A DNA stretch of 64,000 nt, from positions 74,462,001 through 74,526,000 of the forward strand of contig OX597819.1 in the NCBI GenBank assembly GCA_951406725.2. Direction: 5' to 3'. The position numbers and the translations under genes were made by a program. The stretch comes from Octopus vulgaris. Its lineage: Eukaryota. Below, one piece after another: positions 12,671 through 30,317 of the stretch (position 1 is its first letter; every line of letters starts with the position of its first letter). The notes under the pieces were generated by a model. The model made no database searches. It was not told the DNA's origin and was given only the letters and a program-made list of their open reading frames with translations.

Positions 12671-13575
12671 GCTGGGGAATACAGCTGCAGGAAGGCACTT
12701 ACCTTTGAAAATCAAACTAATCCTGGATACAGGGATTTCTTTGATTGACCCCAAGTGATAATCCCCGCCTTGGTATATTATGTGTATATGGTTTGGAAAG
12801 GATGTAGCCTAGTGGGTAGGGGTGTTAGCTTCATGACCATAATGCCATGGATCCAGTTCCTTGACTGGGTAAGCATGTTGTGTCCTTAAGCAAGGCACTT
12901 CATTTCATTTTGCTACTACCAACCTAGTGTTGATACAGCTCTCTCTCTCTCCCTCCCTCCAGCTGTCACCACCTGGATGTCCTGAGTCAAGAGTGAGTTG
13001 TCCAACAGGGTGTCTGTCTGCTCACAACCAAACAGACCTCTAAAACAATTCCAAGCTGCCTGGTCACACACTTTTTTGCTGCAAGGGACAGCTTTGATTC
13101 TGTTGTTTTGTTTTGTTTCATTTCATTCCATTTCTGAGTAGCCCCCACCCCCAACATACTAACATCCCTACCCCAATGCACCCTTTTAATAACCTGCCCA
13201 TCCAACGTTCCCTCATTGGTCACCTTTTATAACATGTCCAGAGAATTTGCTGTAAACATTTTTGCCTGAAGAAATTTCACTGCAAAGTAAACAGAATGTA
13301 GTGATGAGGAACATCAGCAAGAATATGGTTACAGTGGAAGAACCTGAAGGAAGAGTTCTGCTAAAGACTTACACAATAAAGTCTCACACATCTGATACTG
13401 GGAACTGAAATCTTTGATTAACTGAGATTATCCACGCAACTGAGAAAGAATCTGTTTTACAGTATTTAAAATCTGGAATCAACATACAATCGAAGTAATT
13501 ACAATTATCTTAATTGAAATCTAATTAGGAACACTTATGTGGTCAGGAAAAGAAAACATTAAGTCATTTAATACA

Positions 13576-13676
13576 GTTCTATATTTAAGAGATGACGAAT
13601 TATGTACATTATTTACATTTGATGGATATTTGTCAAACAAGATGACAAATATCTGTCAAATGTAAATAATGTATAT
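13576..13676. mobile_element. Short foldback copy of the 3' end of the 15344-15790 element
   Basis: 13576-13630 is the reverse complement of ~15736-15790, followed by a forward copy of the same tail. Confidence 0.75.
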
Positions 13677-13846
13677 TGTTATTTAATTACATATTTTCCT
13701 ACACAGTGAATTTTCCTATGGCAGAAATGATTATGGTGTAAATTCCTATCACCCTTTTATAAGACTATTAAACAATAAATTACGTTTGTTATTCCTGTTG
13801 TAATTTTTGGTTTTCTTCTCTTCAATTTTTCACTATTCCACAAAAG

Positions 13847-13961
13847 ATTGGAGAACCAAATGCTGCCCTGAAACAAGTCTTTGATGCCATGGAGAAGGTG
13901 AAATCTCCTGGTACAAACTTTGTAATGACTTCAGCCTTCGATTTACCTGGTCTGCTTCCTG
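13847..13961 (+). CDS. CA: Alpha-carbonic anhydrase exon
   Basis: caaaag| ... G|gtaagt; IGEPNAALKQVFDAMEKVKSPGTNFVMTSAFDLPGLLP (FDxxxLLP motif). Confidence 0.95.
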
Positions 13962-15398
13962 GTAAGTTCCTCTATTTATTGCATTTCTTTGTGGTTATCT
14001 CTGTTGTAAAAAACATGTGGAATCTTCTAATATGAATGACAGAGGCGTCCCTGGGAGCTGCAGTTGAGAAATCCTGGCCTTGAAGCATACGAGAACAGTT
14101 GGACAGTAAAGGAAGTGTAATGAGCACACATTGCTATGCTGCAACCCATACAGTAAACCCATTGTGTCTGTGTGCAATGTGACCCTCAATTCGATGCTGG
14201 TCGAGTGGACAGCTGTCATTCAATTGTTTAATCAACTCATTTACTTGTCAACTAATTAATCTGTAATTGACCGAGTATTCCACAGATACATGCACCCTTT
14301 GTCCTTAAGCATTCAGATTATTTTGTCAAATGTAAAGCTTATTTAATCAGATTGTTTTGAATGAATCATGCATTATATCCTAGTAATGAGGTTTCAATGA
14401 TGTGATTGTTTATTTTTATAATGAGATTGTAGGGTGGGTGTGATAGGCTGGATCTACCCAGTTTGAACATGCAACAAGTAGAATATTTTGGGCAGGACAT
14501 GGCCAGTTTTAATGCTAAAGGGTTAAGCATAACCCTCTAACAGAATCAATGCAACACAGTTTTAGAGCGTGTATTGAGTTCTTTCTTTTGTGCCACCAAC
14601 ACTCATGAAGTCCTCCAGTAGCTTGCAAACTATGAAATCAGGTGGATGGTCTTTATGCTGGGAGATGAAAGTTGAGGAATGAGAAAATGTGTTGGGGAAG
14701 AGCAGATTCCAGTTGTAGATGAGTCACTATCTATAAATGTAGATACAACGACCAGTCACTTATATAGTCTTCTGCTAGCTAAGCACCTGTAAACCTGTTT
14801 CTAAAATATCTCCGCCATGGCAACAGATGGTTTGCTACATAATATCACTCTACCAAATCCACTCCCAAGGCTTTGGTCAGCCAGAGGCTATAGAAGAAGA
14901 CACTTGCCCAAGGTACCATGCAGTGGGACTGAACCTGGAACCATGTGTTTGGGAAGCAAACTTCTTACCACACAGTCACACCTGTGCCTTTTAAACTAAC
15001 TTCAGTTAAAGAGAACTTCGTATAGGATAGTGGTTATAGGGAAAGAGATCAGCACCAGTTTGTCAGAGTTTTGTGCTTCATGAACATACATCATGGGGAT
15101 GTCATGTGATACATTGTGCCTTAGTTCAGGTTTTGCAATTACAAGAAGAGAGTAGAGTAGACACTGCACAAAGTGACTTTTTCCATTAAAAGCAAACTCT
15201 TTCTCCTGATTGCTCAATAAGGATGTGTTTCTTTATTTTAATTGTTATCAAACTTTGGTGAGAGGAAATCAAGGTGAGTGGAACAAGTAAAGGATGTTGC
15301 AGGAAGTTTCTCTCTGAAACTCTGCAAAGAAATAACATAGTACTTTATTTACATTATTTCCATTTTTTGGATATTTTGTCCTCATCTCATTTGTTGTT

Positions 15399-15444
15399 AA
15401 CACAACATTTCGGCTGATATACCCTCCAACCTTCATCAGGTGTC
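15399..15444 (-). ncRNA. Minimal type I hammerhead motif (left arm)
   Basis: gacac-CTGATGA-a-ggttg(gagggtatat)cagcc-GAAA-TGTT-gtgtt. Confidence 0.7.
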
Positions 15445-15506
15445 TTGAGCAAATTTCGAACCTGGGTTCTCATTCCTAAGGTATTTTTCAATGTTACTAT
15501 TATTCA

Positions 15507-15579
15507 GGTTACTGCTTGGAATCGAACTCAGAATCTTGGGGTTAGTAGCCCATGGTCTTAACCACTATGCCATATGCCC
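15507..15579 (-). other. tRNA-derived SINE head with Pol III A and B boxes
   Basis: GGGCATATGGCATAGTGGTTAAGACCATGGG-CTACTAA-CCCCAAGATTCTGAGTTCGATTCC; no good acceptor stem, so not a functional tRNA. Confidence 0.75.
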
Positions 15580-15667
15580 ACAGGCATATGGCAGTGACCA
15601 GAATGATAATAATAATAATATCGAAAAATACTTTGGGAATAAGAACCCAGGTTCAAAATTTCCCCAA

Positions 15668-15713
15668 GACACCTGATGAAGGCTGGAGGGTATATCAACC
15701 GAAACGTTGTGTT
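15668..15713 (+). ncRNA. Minimal type I hammerhead motif (right arm)
   Basis: gacac-CTGATGA-a-ggctg(gagggtatat)caacc-GAAA-CGTT-gtgtt; stem I gacac/gtgtt, palindromic AACGTT. Confidence 0.75.
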
Positions 15714-16552
15714 AACAATAAACAAGATGAAGAGAAATATCCATCAAATGTAAATAATGTAAATAATTCCTCATCTCTTAAATATAGAACAACATAGTAC
15801 ATCTACATTATTCCCAGTAGAAGAACCCATTATACCAGTGTGTGTGTGTGTGCATGGAGATGCTTGTTTGTCCATTATTCTACTTTCCCATGTTAGCAGG
15901 GATTTGATGAATATATTATTGAAGCATAGTCTTACAAATGAATGCTCTTCCTGTCACTAACCCTTACCTACTTTTCCAGGAAGGGATCTCTTATTTCATG
16001 TCTTTTGAAGGCACAAAGAAAATAGACAAGAAAAGTGATAACAATGTCACTCAAAGCTCACTTTTGTAAAGTGCAAATGTAGACACACATACATAAATGC
16101 TACACACACACACACATCCGTTGATTACCCAAAAGTGATAAATTGCAGGACTCAATACCCATGAAGAGCCTTCTTTAATACATCATAACTGAAAGGTTTC
16201 AATTTCCAGTAACTCTGAGTTGCTCGTTCCAATCAGTGAATATTCCAAATGAAACCTGGTTTACTTTACCAGTTGATAATTGGAAATGAACAGCTTGGAA
16301 AACTCAAATCCAAGCTTTTCAGTCACACACACACTCCAGACCCCTTTTAGTTTCTATCTACCATATTCCCTCACAAGGTTTTGGTCAACCCAGGGCTACA
16401 ACAGATGCCTTCCCCACCCCCACCAGCTAATTGTGAAGCTTTAAAACTTGGATTCCAGTTTCTGTTTCTTTCTGTGACTTTTATTGAAATTATTATTTTT
16501 CTAAATACTTTATTGCTGACCAAAATAATAAAAATTCCTGTTTATTCTTCAG

Positions 16553-16662
16553 GTGACATCAACAAATTTTATACTTACCCTGGTTCTTTGACCACCCCTC
16601 CATGTCATGAAAGTGTCACTTGGATTGTCTGTCAGGAAACAATTGGCTGTTCCAAAGAACAG
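16553..16662 (+). CDS. CA: Alpha-carbonic anhydrase exon (Thr199 loop)
   Basis: ttcag| ... |gtaaag; (G)[36 protein letters not shown]. Confidence 0.97.
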
Positions 16663-18219
16663 GTAAAGAAAAATTTTTTCTTTTTAATTATTCCTTAATG
16701 TGATTGGAAGGTCGAACACTGAATCCCTGTTTTTATAGAATTTTGTGGAAGAGAAAATAGAGTAACTGGAGAAATTTGGTGCCATGAATGTTTTGTCTAA
16801 AGAAAGAAGAGATTAGTAGAGAGCTAAAGAAAGTTCCAGAAGATGTTCCATTCTGGAGTAGAATGATTGAGTTTAGGGGTGTGAGGATGCAGCTGCTCCA
16901 AGAAGAATGTCTTTGAATCCCCAAGGAACTTTTTTTAAAGGCCCAGTGCTTTGTTCTGCTTCAATTGCATCCAATGAAATAAATTTTCTTTTGAATGGAA
17001 TCCCCTTTTCTCAGCTAAAATATCCAAATGATTGAGTCCCTAAGTATGGCAGTTGTATCTGTTAATGCTCTGAAGAATTGTGCTGGCCAAATATACAATG
17101 AAGACCACAATGGAATTAAATATTCAAATAGTTTGTCCCGTTCGTCAGTTCTGTTGTAGATTTGGTATGAAGAGAACTGTCACACTTATTTGGTTACAGC
17201 AGAAAGCCATTCAAACTTCTGTTGACAAGAAAAGTGACAACAACATCCGTCATAATTCATTTTTGTCAAACACTTAGTGATGGCTCAGTGCTCAACTGGC
17301 ACTCTATCAGTTATGAAGACAAGAGTTCCTGTTGATCAATGGAACAGCCAGTTCATGGAATGAATGTGCAAGTGGGTGAGCACTTCACAGACACATGTAC
17401 CGTTAATGTAGTTCTTAGGGAGATTCAGTGTGATGCAGAATGTGACATGGTTGGGCCCTTTGAAATTACAGGTACAACTCATTTTGGTCAACTGAGTGCA
17501 ATGGAGCAACATGAAATAAAGTGTCTTGCTCAAGATCCAACACACTGCCAGGAATTGAACTCATGACCTTACAATCATGAGCCAAATACCCAAACCACTA
17601 AGCCATGTGCCTTCTTTAGCTCAGTGCTTACATCATTCCAGGCTTGGGGACATTAGCATGAAGTATTGTTAGGCTTTGTTAACGACACACAATTAATAAT
17701 AATTAAACAGTTATAAAGTAATTAAGGTAAACAGTTAAGAAATATATTAAGTGGAACATTAATTAATCAGATTAATGGAAAGCCAGAAGACTTCTTCAAA
17801 TTCTTGAAAGATTTATCAACATTTTATGAATCATTGGACCGTGGCCATGCTGGGGCACCACCTTGAAGGGTCTGGTCAAACAAATCAACCCCAGGACTTA
17901 TTTCTTAAGCCTGGTAATTATTCTGTTAGTTTCTTTTACCTTGATGCTAAGTTATGGGGCTGTAAACAAACACTAGTTCTCAAGTGATAGTAGTGGGTAA
18001 ACATACACACGCGTGCATGCACACATTCACACACACACACACACAAGAGAGGCTTGCAGGAGGACTGAACCTGGAACCATGGGGCTGGGAAACATTTCTT
18101 TCTTTTTCCTGTCAAGTCGTCATCCAGAATTACTTTATATTTGTTTTGTAGAACATGACTAGTGTCTGTGTGTTATTATAATTGTATACCCATGCTAGCA
18201 TGGAAAATGGGCATTAAAC

Positions 18220-18262
<43 letters not shown>

Positions 18263-19835
18263 TTTTTGTATAACAAGATTGTTCTGTTTGAATCGCTCTG
18301 TATGTGTGCGTGTAGTCACATATTTGTGTGTCTGTATGTGTGTGTGTTAACATTATTGTTCAGGTATATGTTAGTACAACAAGTGTTCTTTGTATGTTGT
18401 GTGTGTATAAATTCCCTGCTGCTGCTGCTGTTGTGCAAACCATTGCCATTTAATCTTCAGTTTCTCAAAGATATTCCATTGACTGCTGCAACAATGTCTC
18501 ATTCTTTACATGTTTATTTCTCATTACTCTTTCTTTATTTTTCATTAATTCCTTATTAATATTTCTAAAAGTAAACCTCCACCAACTCCAATTACACTAA
18601 TTGACAAACCAGAATTTTGTCGTTAACAAAATTTAACAATTTCGCAATCAGGTAATTCAGTCAAATGAAATATTTATTTATTCACATATCGTCTTTGAAT
18701 AAATTGTCGCAGATTAACAAGATTTCAATGATGCAATTGTCTAGTTTTAGAATGACACTGTAGGGTAAGTGTGAGAAGCCAGATCTGGTCAGCTTGAACA
18801 TCAAACACAGAATATTTGGGCTGGATGTGGCTGGTTAAAATGCTAAAGGGTTTAATGAGGGTTGGCAGCAGCTTCTCAAAGTAGGGGGGGTCCTTTGTGG
18901 GCACCATTTCTATGGGTGAAGGGGACAAACAAGGTGGTTGGGAGTGGATAGGTACATTTCTTTTATCTCTTACTTGTTTCAGTCACTGAATTGTGGCCAT
19001 GCTGGGGCATAACCTTGAAGGGTTTTAATCCCATGTACTCATGTTTTAAAATTTTATTAATATCTTTTGCCAAACTGCTAAGTTATGAGCATGCACAAAA
19101 AAACAAAACCAGTTAAGTGAAGGTGGTGAGACACACACACACACACACACACATACGTGGGTGTGGGCGTGTATATATAATAGCTTATACACAGTTTCCT
19201 GTCTACCAAATTCACTCACAATCCTGTATTGGTCAACCCAGATCTATACCAGAAGATCCTTTAAGGTGCCACTTCAGATTGAACCAGAAACTGCCTCGTT
19301 GCAAGACAAGCTCTTTAGTCACACAGCAATGCCTGCCCCATGTGGACAGTTTTGCTTTTGTCTCCTCCTTAGAAGTGTTTAAAGATAATTGCTTGATATA
19401 ATATTTTGATAAACTGTTTGCCACAATCATAACAATAACCAATGACTTCAAAATGTGATAAAGTAAATAAAACAAAACTGGGGAGATCTCTTTTCTAGTA
19501 CAGGCACAAAGCCTGATATTATTGGGGAAGGGAAGGAGTCAATTACATTGAACCTAGGGCTCAACTCGTAACTATTTCAGCCTTGAAGAATTTGAACTTG
19601 AGGATCTAAAGGCCAAAGAAACGCTGCTCAACATTTTGTTCTGTGCCCTAATGTTTCTGCCAGGTTGCCACCTTAAAACTGGACATATATAACCTCTGTT
19701 TTAGTAAATTATACACAAAAGCCAAAATATAATGTAAGATATTAAAATATGTGGATATTTCCTTACATGTAATAAAGGCTGCCACTGCCCCTGTTATCTC
19801 TCAGATAACATCTTGATGTAGGTGAGCATATATTT

Positions 19836-19957
<122 letters not shown>

Positions 19958-21325
19958 ATAATCATTATTTAACATAGTCCATGAGTTGGATAGCTTGATC
20001 AGAGCTGGCAAGCTGCACCAGGTTCCAGTCTGATTTGGCATGGTTTCTCTGGCTGGATGCCCTTCCTAATGCCAACCACTTTACAGTGTTTGCTGGATGC
20101 TTTAACATAGTACTGCATGAGCGCTTGTACATGGCACTGGCATGAGTGCAACCACACAGTACTCTTGCAGATCAGTCCTCTTCCCCAGGGGCAGCAGCCT
20201 TATCACTTTCACTATGGCAGATGGGTTTTCTTAGGTACAACAAGATGTCAGGTATTTGGGTCTTTTATCATCTCATCTAAAAGGTTATATATATTGTACC
20301 TTGAGGCACCACCTGGACACCTCAACCAATATTTATCTCTTTTCAGCTCTTACTGAATCATTCTCTCCCTCCTCTCGTCTAAATGTGAGTCCCCATGGAG
20401 CTCCCTTAAAATAAAAACCTGCTCTACCTCATCCTCTTCTCTCCTACTTAACCCTCATCTGCTTGCATAAAGCCCCTTCCCTCCAGTTTAATAGGGTTTC
20501 AAGCTGCATGGCAACCTCACCAGTAGTGGTGGCATGAGAAAAGCACCCAGTATACACTGTAAAGTGGTTGGCATTAGGAAGGGCATCTAGCCATAGAAAT
20601 TATCTAACTTTCCAACCCATGCCAGCTTGGGAAAATGGATGTTAGATGATGGCGATATGCTTCAGCACCATTCATTCTGATTAAGATTGTCATCTGATAA
20701 TCTTGTAATGTACACACATTCTAAACAGACATGTTAACTAACACAAGAGCAGAAAAATGAGTGTGTGTGTGTACGTGTGTGTGGAATATTGAGCTACATT
20801 TCAACTGGACTTCATATGGACTACAAAGAATATGTACTTGAGTTGGGCTAAAGATGTGTTTAGTTAATAACTAAGGTCATGAGGTGACTAGGGTCAAACA
20901 TTCCCTCACAGTAGATTGAAACCGTGATAAGTAATCTCACATGTCAAACTTGTACCCACAATTAAATTCCTATTACTCTGGTCTGGTATTATTATGTGTC
21001 GGTGCATTAAGGGAGCTAGAGTTAAAAATGTTTGAGAGGCAGCAGATTAGAGTATCAGAACAAATAATTGCAGTGTTTAGACATGTACCTTTATGTTCTG
21101 AGTTCAAATCCTGCTGGGATTACGTTTGATTTCATCATTCCAGGGTTGATCCAAGTAAAGTACTAATCTAGTACAGAGACTGATTCTCATATTTCACTGA
21201 AGATGTTAGAATTATTATAAAAGAACATAAATCTATTTCTAAATTTGCCATAATGTTATTAAAATAATTTTTTAACAGACATGAATTAACTGACTGATAT
21301 AGTATTTTCTTCATTTTTCTTTCAG

Positions 21326-21430
21326 CTTTCTACTCTAAGATCTCTCAAGAACAATGATAATAATCATCTGGTAAATAATTTCCGACCCGTGATGCCACTT
21401 GGAAACAGAACAATTTGCTGTTCTAATTAA
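21326..21430 (+). CDS. CA: Alpha-carbonic anhydrase, last coding exon
   Basis: Polypyrimidine tract + ttcag|; LSTLRSLKNNDNNHLVNNFRPVMPLGNRTICCSN-TAA (NxRPxxPLxxR motif). Confidence 0.95.
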   Translation, partial: LSTLRSLKNNDNNHLVNNFRPVMPLGNRTICCSN

Positions 21431-21950
21431 ATTTCTTTACAAAAATCATTTAAGAATCCATCATGAATAACTTAATAACCAAGTTTAGATAAATTTTTTT
21501 AACTTTGTTCACTAAATATCAATTTTATATGCAAGTTGGAAAACACATGTACTACACACAAATATATATGTATATATATATATATGTGTGTGTGTGTATG
21601 TGTGTGTATTACATTACATCTTTCTAGAGTAGTGTTGGTCACATTTTTATTTACTTTTTGATGAATCCTTCAAGAATTTTTTAGTGCATTTCATGCTCAA
21701 CAGAAAGCTGACCGAGAGGAAATCTGGCCAAAATGTTTGGCCTGGAATAGGAAAGTTTGTTTTTGTGATGGCTTAACATAGTATTCCTTGTAAGATATCT
21801 TGGTTTCAGGCGAACATCAGAACCATAGTGCAAGTGACTGTGTCAAGATGCACTGATATTTATACATATATAGACATATTTATATAAATATACACATATA
21901 ACAGAAACAGATGTACACCTATCCACCATCATGAATATATACACACTTAT

Positions 21951-21990
<40 letters not shown>

Positions 21991-22207
21991 GTATGCATGT
22001 GTGTATGTATATATATATGCATGTATCCACACACACACACACACACACATCCAAGTATTAGAGATCTTTATGCTCTGCACAGTTAACCCTATTGCACTCA
22101 TTATCCATAAACTAATCGATAACCTAATTAATGCATATTAACTAGATAATTTATGATATTACGTGCTCAATGCAGCACATTTATTGCAAAGCAAAATATA
22201 ATAACTG

Positions 22208-22213
22208 AATAAA
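22208..22213 (+). promoter_or_regulatory. Candidate polyadenylation signal of the CA gene
   Basis: AATAAA ~780 bp after the stop codon; no transcript evidence. Confidence 0.3.
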
Positions 22214-22589
22214 AATTAACTTTTCAATTCCATAACGAATATTTTCATGGGGATAATGGAAAATTATTGCTTATTAATAGATTAATTTCACACCTAATGA
22301 TGTGGAGTGGTTATTTTTTGGTATTATGTAATCCATTAACAAACAATGGCTTTTCTCTGTCATTCAATTGGATAGTTGACTTCATTATTATATATCTATA
22401 TAAAGATATACACACATTTTATATGCATGTATATACATAGCTATATAGGAATATGTATGTGTTTGTGTCTCTGTATGTATATATATATATATAGACTACC
22501 TGCCTTTTATATATACAGGTATTACATCTTTAGAGATTTTTTTAGTTTGTGATCTCCTCAATTTCAGTTTGAGATTGTGTGTATATATA

Positions 22590-22650
<61 letters not shown>

Positions 22651-23385
22651 ATACACATGCACACACACACACACACACAAACACACACAAGTTAATGGTC
22701 AAGAAAGCAATGAATATGTAGAAATTTCTGTTTTATAAGAATTCTTCTTCTTCCACAGAAAAGATCAGAATTTCTCACCTTTTAAAAGAATAACTTCTAA
22801 AAACATCTGGCACTGACAAGTCTATATGAATAGTATTTTTATCTATGCACTTATATTAAAGAATTTGTAAAAAATAATCATTGTTTGCATTTGTCTTTAC
22901 ACATAAAATGTCTGAGTGTATATTTCTGGTATTTCTTGTCTCTACAGTTAGATGTGTGACAGGTTCCGGTGAGTTTAGAGCTCTTCGTCCAGTATCCTAA
23001 TGCAAGTTGCTTTCAGTAAAGTGGTTTGCAACTGGACTCAGTAATATTAATGGTTCTGATATGCAGTATGGAGGCACAGTGCTTAGTGATTAGGATGTTA
23101 CAATCATGATTGTAAGGTTGTGGATACAATTCCTGGGCTAGGCTATGTGTTGGAGCAAAACATTTAATTTCACACCCAGCCGGTAAAAGTGAGTTTATCC
23201 AGTGATAGACCAGCAGCTCATCTAAGTGGGGAATGTCTATACCACAGGATACAGGCAAACCAGCCTTGTGGGTCGATGGCTTGGGAAGGACATTTTGTCA
23301 TTTTGTCATTTTTCCTTTTTATTTTTGATATACAGCACAAATGTGAAAACAAATGATACAAACTTGCATTTATCATAATTTCTCA

Positions 23386-27952
<4,567 letters not shown>

Positions 27953-27953
27953 G

Positions 27954-27997
<44 letters not shown>

Positions 27998-28072
27998 ATA
28001 TGTATATATATATATATATGTATATATGTATATATATATATATATGTATATATGTATATATATATATATGTA

Positions 28073-28103
<31 letters not shown>

Positions 28104-28224
28104 GTCATCATCGTTAAACGATGATGATGATGATGATGATGATATATATATATATATATATATGTATATGTATATGTATATATATATATATGTATATACA
28201 AATGTGTAGTATGAACATATGTGT

Positions 28225-28652
28225 ACATACGTATATATGTGGAGAATATACTACCAGCATTGCCCAAACAACTTGAACATTAGCTTCAAGGTTCATCCAA
28301 GGCTGGGACCATGGGCCATACGTCCCCTGCCCAATTCAGGATCACAACATATAAGTATACTGCGACACAATTTCTTTTCCTCAACAAGCCCTGCCCTGTT
28401 TAACATTGTCCCAAAACTGATCAAAGAGGAAAAGGATCCCATCTCCTTTAAATGGAGTCTGGACAAATTTCTTCAAGGAATACCAGATAAGCCACCCATA
28501 CCTGGATACAACTCACTCAACAAGTACTCACTACTTGAATGGACCATGATACCACAGAACTTGACTTAAAAAGGATTTAGATAATCCTATTAAGTTAGAC
28601 ATGGCTTGGACAAATCTTTGGTCGAAACATATCTGACATTTATCTAAGTTTT
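28225..28652 (+). mobile_element. CR1/L2-group LINE 3' end
   Basis: [11 protein letters not shown]...HPRLGP...LDKFLQGIPDKPP is homologous to the 27021 ORF; shares the TATTAAGTTAGACATGGC tail. Confidence 0.85.
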
Positions 28653-28669
28653 ATGTATGTATGCTTATA

Positions 28670-29956
28670 CGAGGGGCGTTCAATAAGTAATGCCCCTGAC
28701 CCACTTCCCATAGCAGTAGAGCAACGAAACTTGGAACAGTTATTAGTCTTTTTCTACATAGGAACCACCCAGAGTTATGCATTTCTCCCATCGTTTGATG
28801 CAGCCAGCTCTGAAGACCGTTTTTGTAGAAGACCCCAGCTTGGTCCTCCAACCACGACGTGACTTCAGAAATCAAGGCTGCATCATCTGGGAAACGCTTT
28901 CCTTTCAAAAACAACTTCATGGCTGGGAAGAGGTGAAAATCAGAGGGTGCAAGGTCAGGGGAGTAGGGGGATGGGGGATGAGTTCATAGCCGCACGCCTG
29001 TGCTTCTGATCTGGCGACACGCGAGTTGTGGATCGGAGCGTTGTCCTGCAGGAGGAGGATGCCTTTGCTGATCTTGCCCCGCCTCTTGATTTTGATAGCT
29101 TCTCTTAATTTCCTCAAAAGTGAAGCACAATAGACTCCTGTAATTGTGGCACCCTTTGCCAGGAAATCTGTCTTCACTACTCCATCCTGGTCCCAGAAGA
29201 CTGTAAGCATGACCTTGCCAGCGGAGGGCTGCACCCTTGCCTTCTTTAGAGGAGGTGAGTCACGGTGCTTCCACTGCATTGACTGGGCTTTGGTCTCTGG
29301 ATCATAATGATGGACCCAGGTTTTATCCTATGCAATCAGTCTTTTGAAAAATTTCGACTCATCTTCTTGGCACATCTCCAAATTCATCCTCGAGCAATCG
29401 ACGCGTTCTTGCTTCTGGAAAGGTGTGAGCAACCTGGGAATCCATCTGGCAGACACCTTTTGCATATGCAAATGGTCATGAATGATAGTTTCCACAGACC
29501 CGGTACTAATCTTGACCTCATGGGCTATTTGGCGAATAGTTATGCGTCGATCTTCCAAAATGGCAGCCTCAACTTGACAGACAGATGCATCAGAAGCGGG
29601 GCGACCAGATCTGGGAGCTGTTTCCACAGAGTTCTGACCATGTTTGAATTCACAATGCCAGCGTTTTACAAGGTCATATGATGGGGCATCATCACCATAA
29701 GTTACTTTCATTTCATCAAAAGTCTCCTGTGGTGTGCGACCATTCAAATACAAAAACCGGATCACTGCTCGGCACTCAACATGCTCCATTTCACACTTGA
29801 CTCAGTTCAAACACCTGTAAATCGGAAACCACAATTAGTTCAGAGCTGTAATTTGCCACTTAATCTATAGAGATATAAGTAATTGCACATGCAAACTTTC
29901 AGCTAGATCAAGCAACTGCAAGTGGGTCAGGGGCATTACTTATCGAACGCCCCTCG
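28670..29956 (-). mobile_element. Full-length mariner transposon with a disrupted transposase
   Basis: ~36-bp TIRs CGAGGGGCGTTCAATAAGTAATGCCCCTGACCCACTT, TA TSDs, 1287 bp; HTH, WIPRLL and LLQDNAPIH motifs; internal stop and frameshift. Confidence 0.95.
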
Positions 29957-30272
29957 TATGTAGGAATACATATGTATACATGTATGTGTGTCTATACATA
30001 ACTGGAATTTACAAAAAAACAAAAGACAAAGACAAGTTTGTAAACAACAAACAGATGTAATAGTTTAACGCTCGGGAAGGTGAGAAAGTCTTTTATGTTT
30101 GTAAGGATATGTCTATACATTTATGTATATACATATCTATATTTACATATATGCATATGTATATGTACATATGTGTATATATATATGCATGCATGTATAT
30201 GTGTATATACATGTATATGGATGTATATGTATATATGTGTATATCCATATATATATACATATATATACACAC

Positions 30273-30310
<38 letters not shown>

Positions 30311-30317
<7 letters not shown>

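Larger units (their letters stand above)
15344..15790. mobile_element. Palindromic insertion of a tRNA-headed, hammerhead-containing short retroelement
   Basis: Arms ~15344-15510 and ~15590-15765 are inverted; flanked by a perfect 10-bp TSD AACATAGTAC (15334-15343, 15791-15800). Confidence 0.85.

Noticed and set aside
15507-15579. Functional tRNA gene
   Set aside because: Acceptor and T stems do not pair well and the sequence continues into a repeat body; treated as a SINE head, as are 50890-50962 and 6545-6610.
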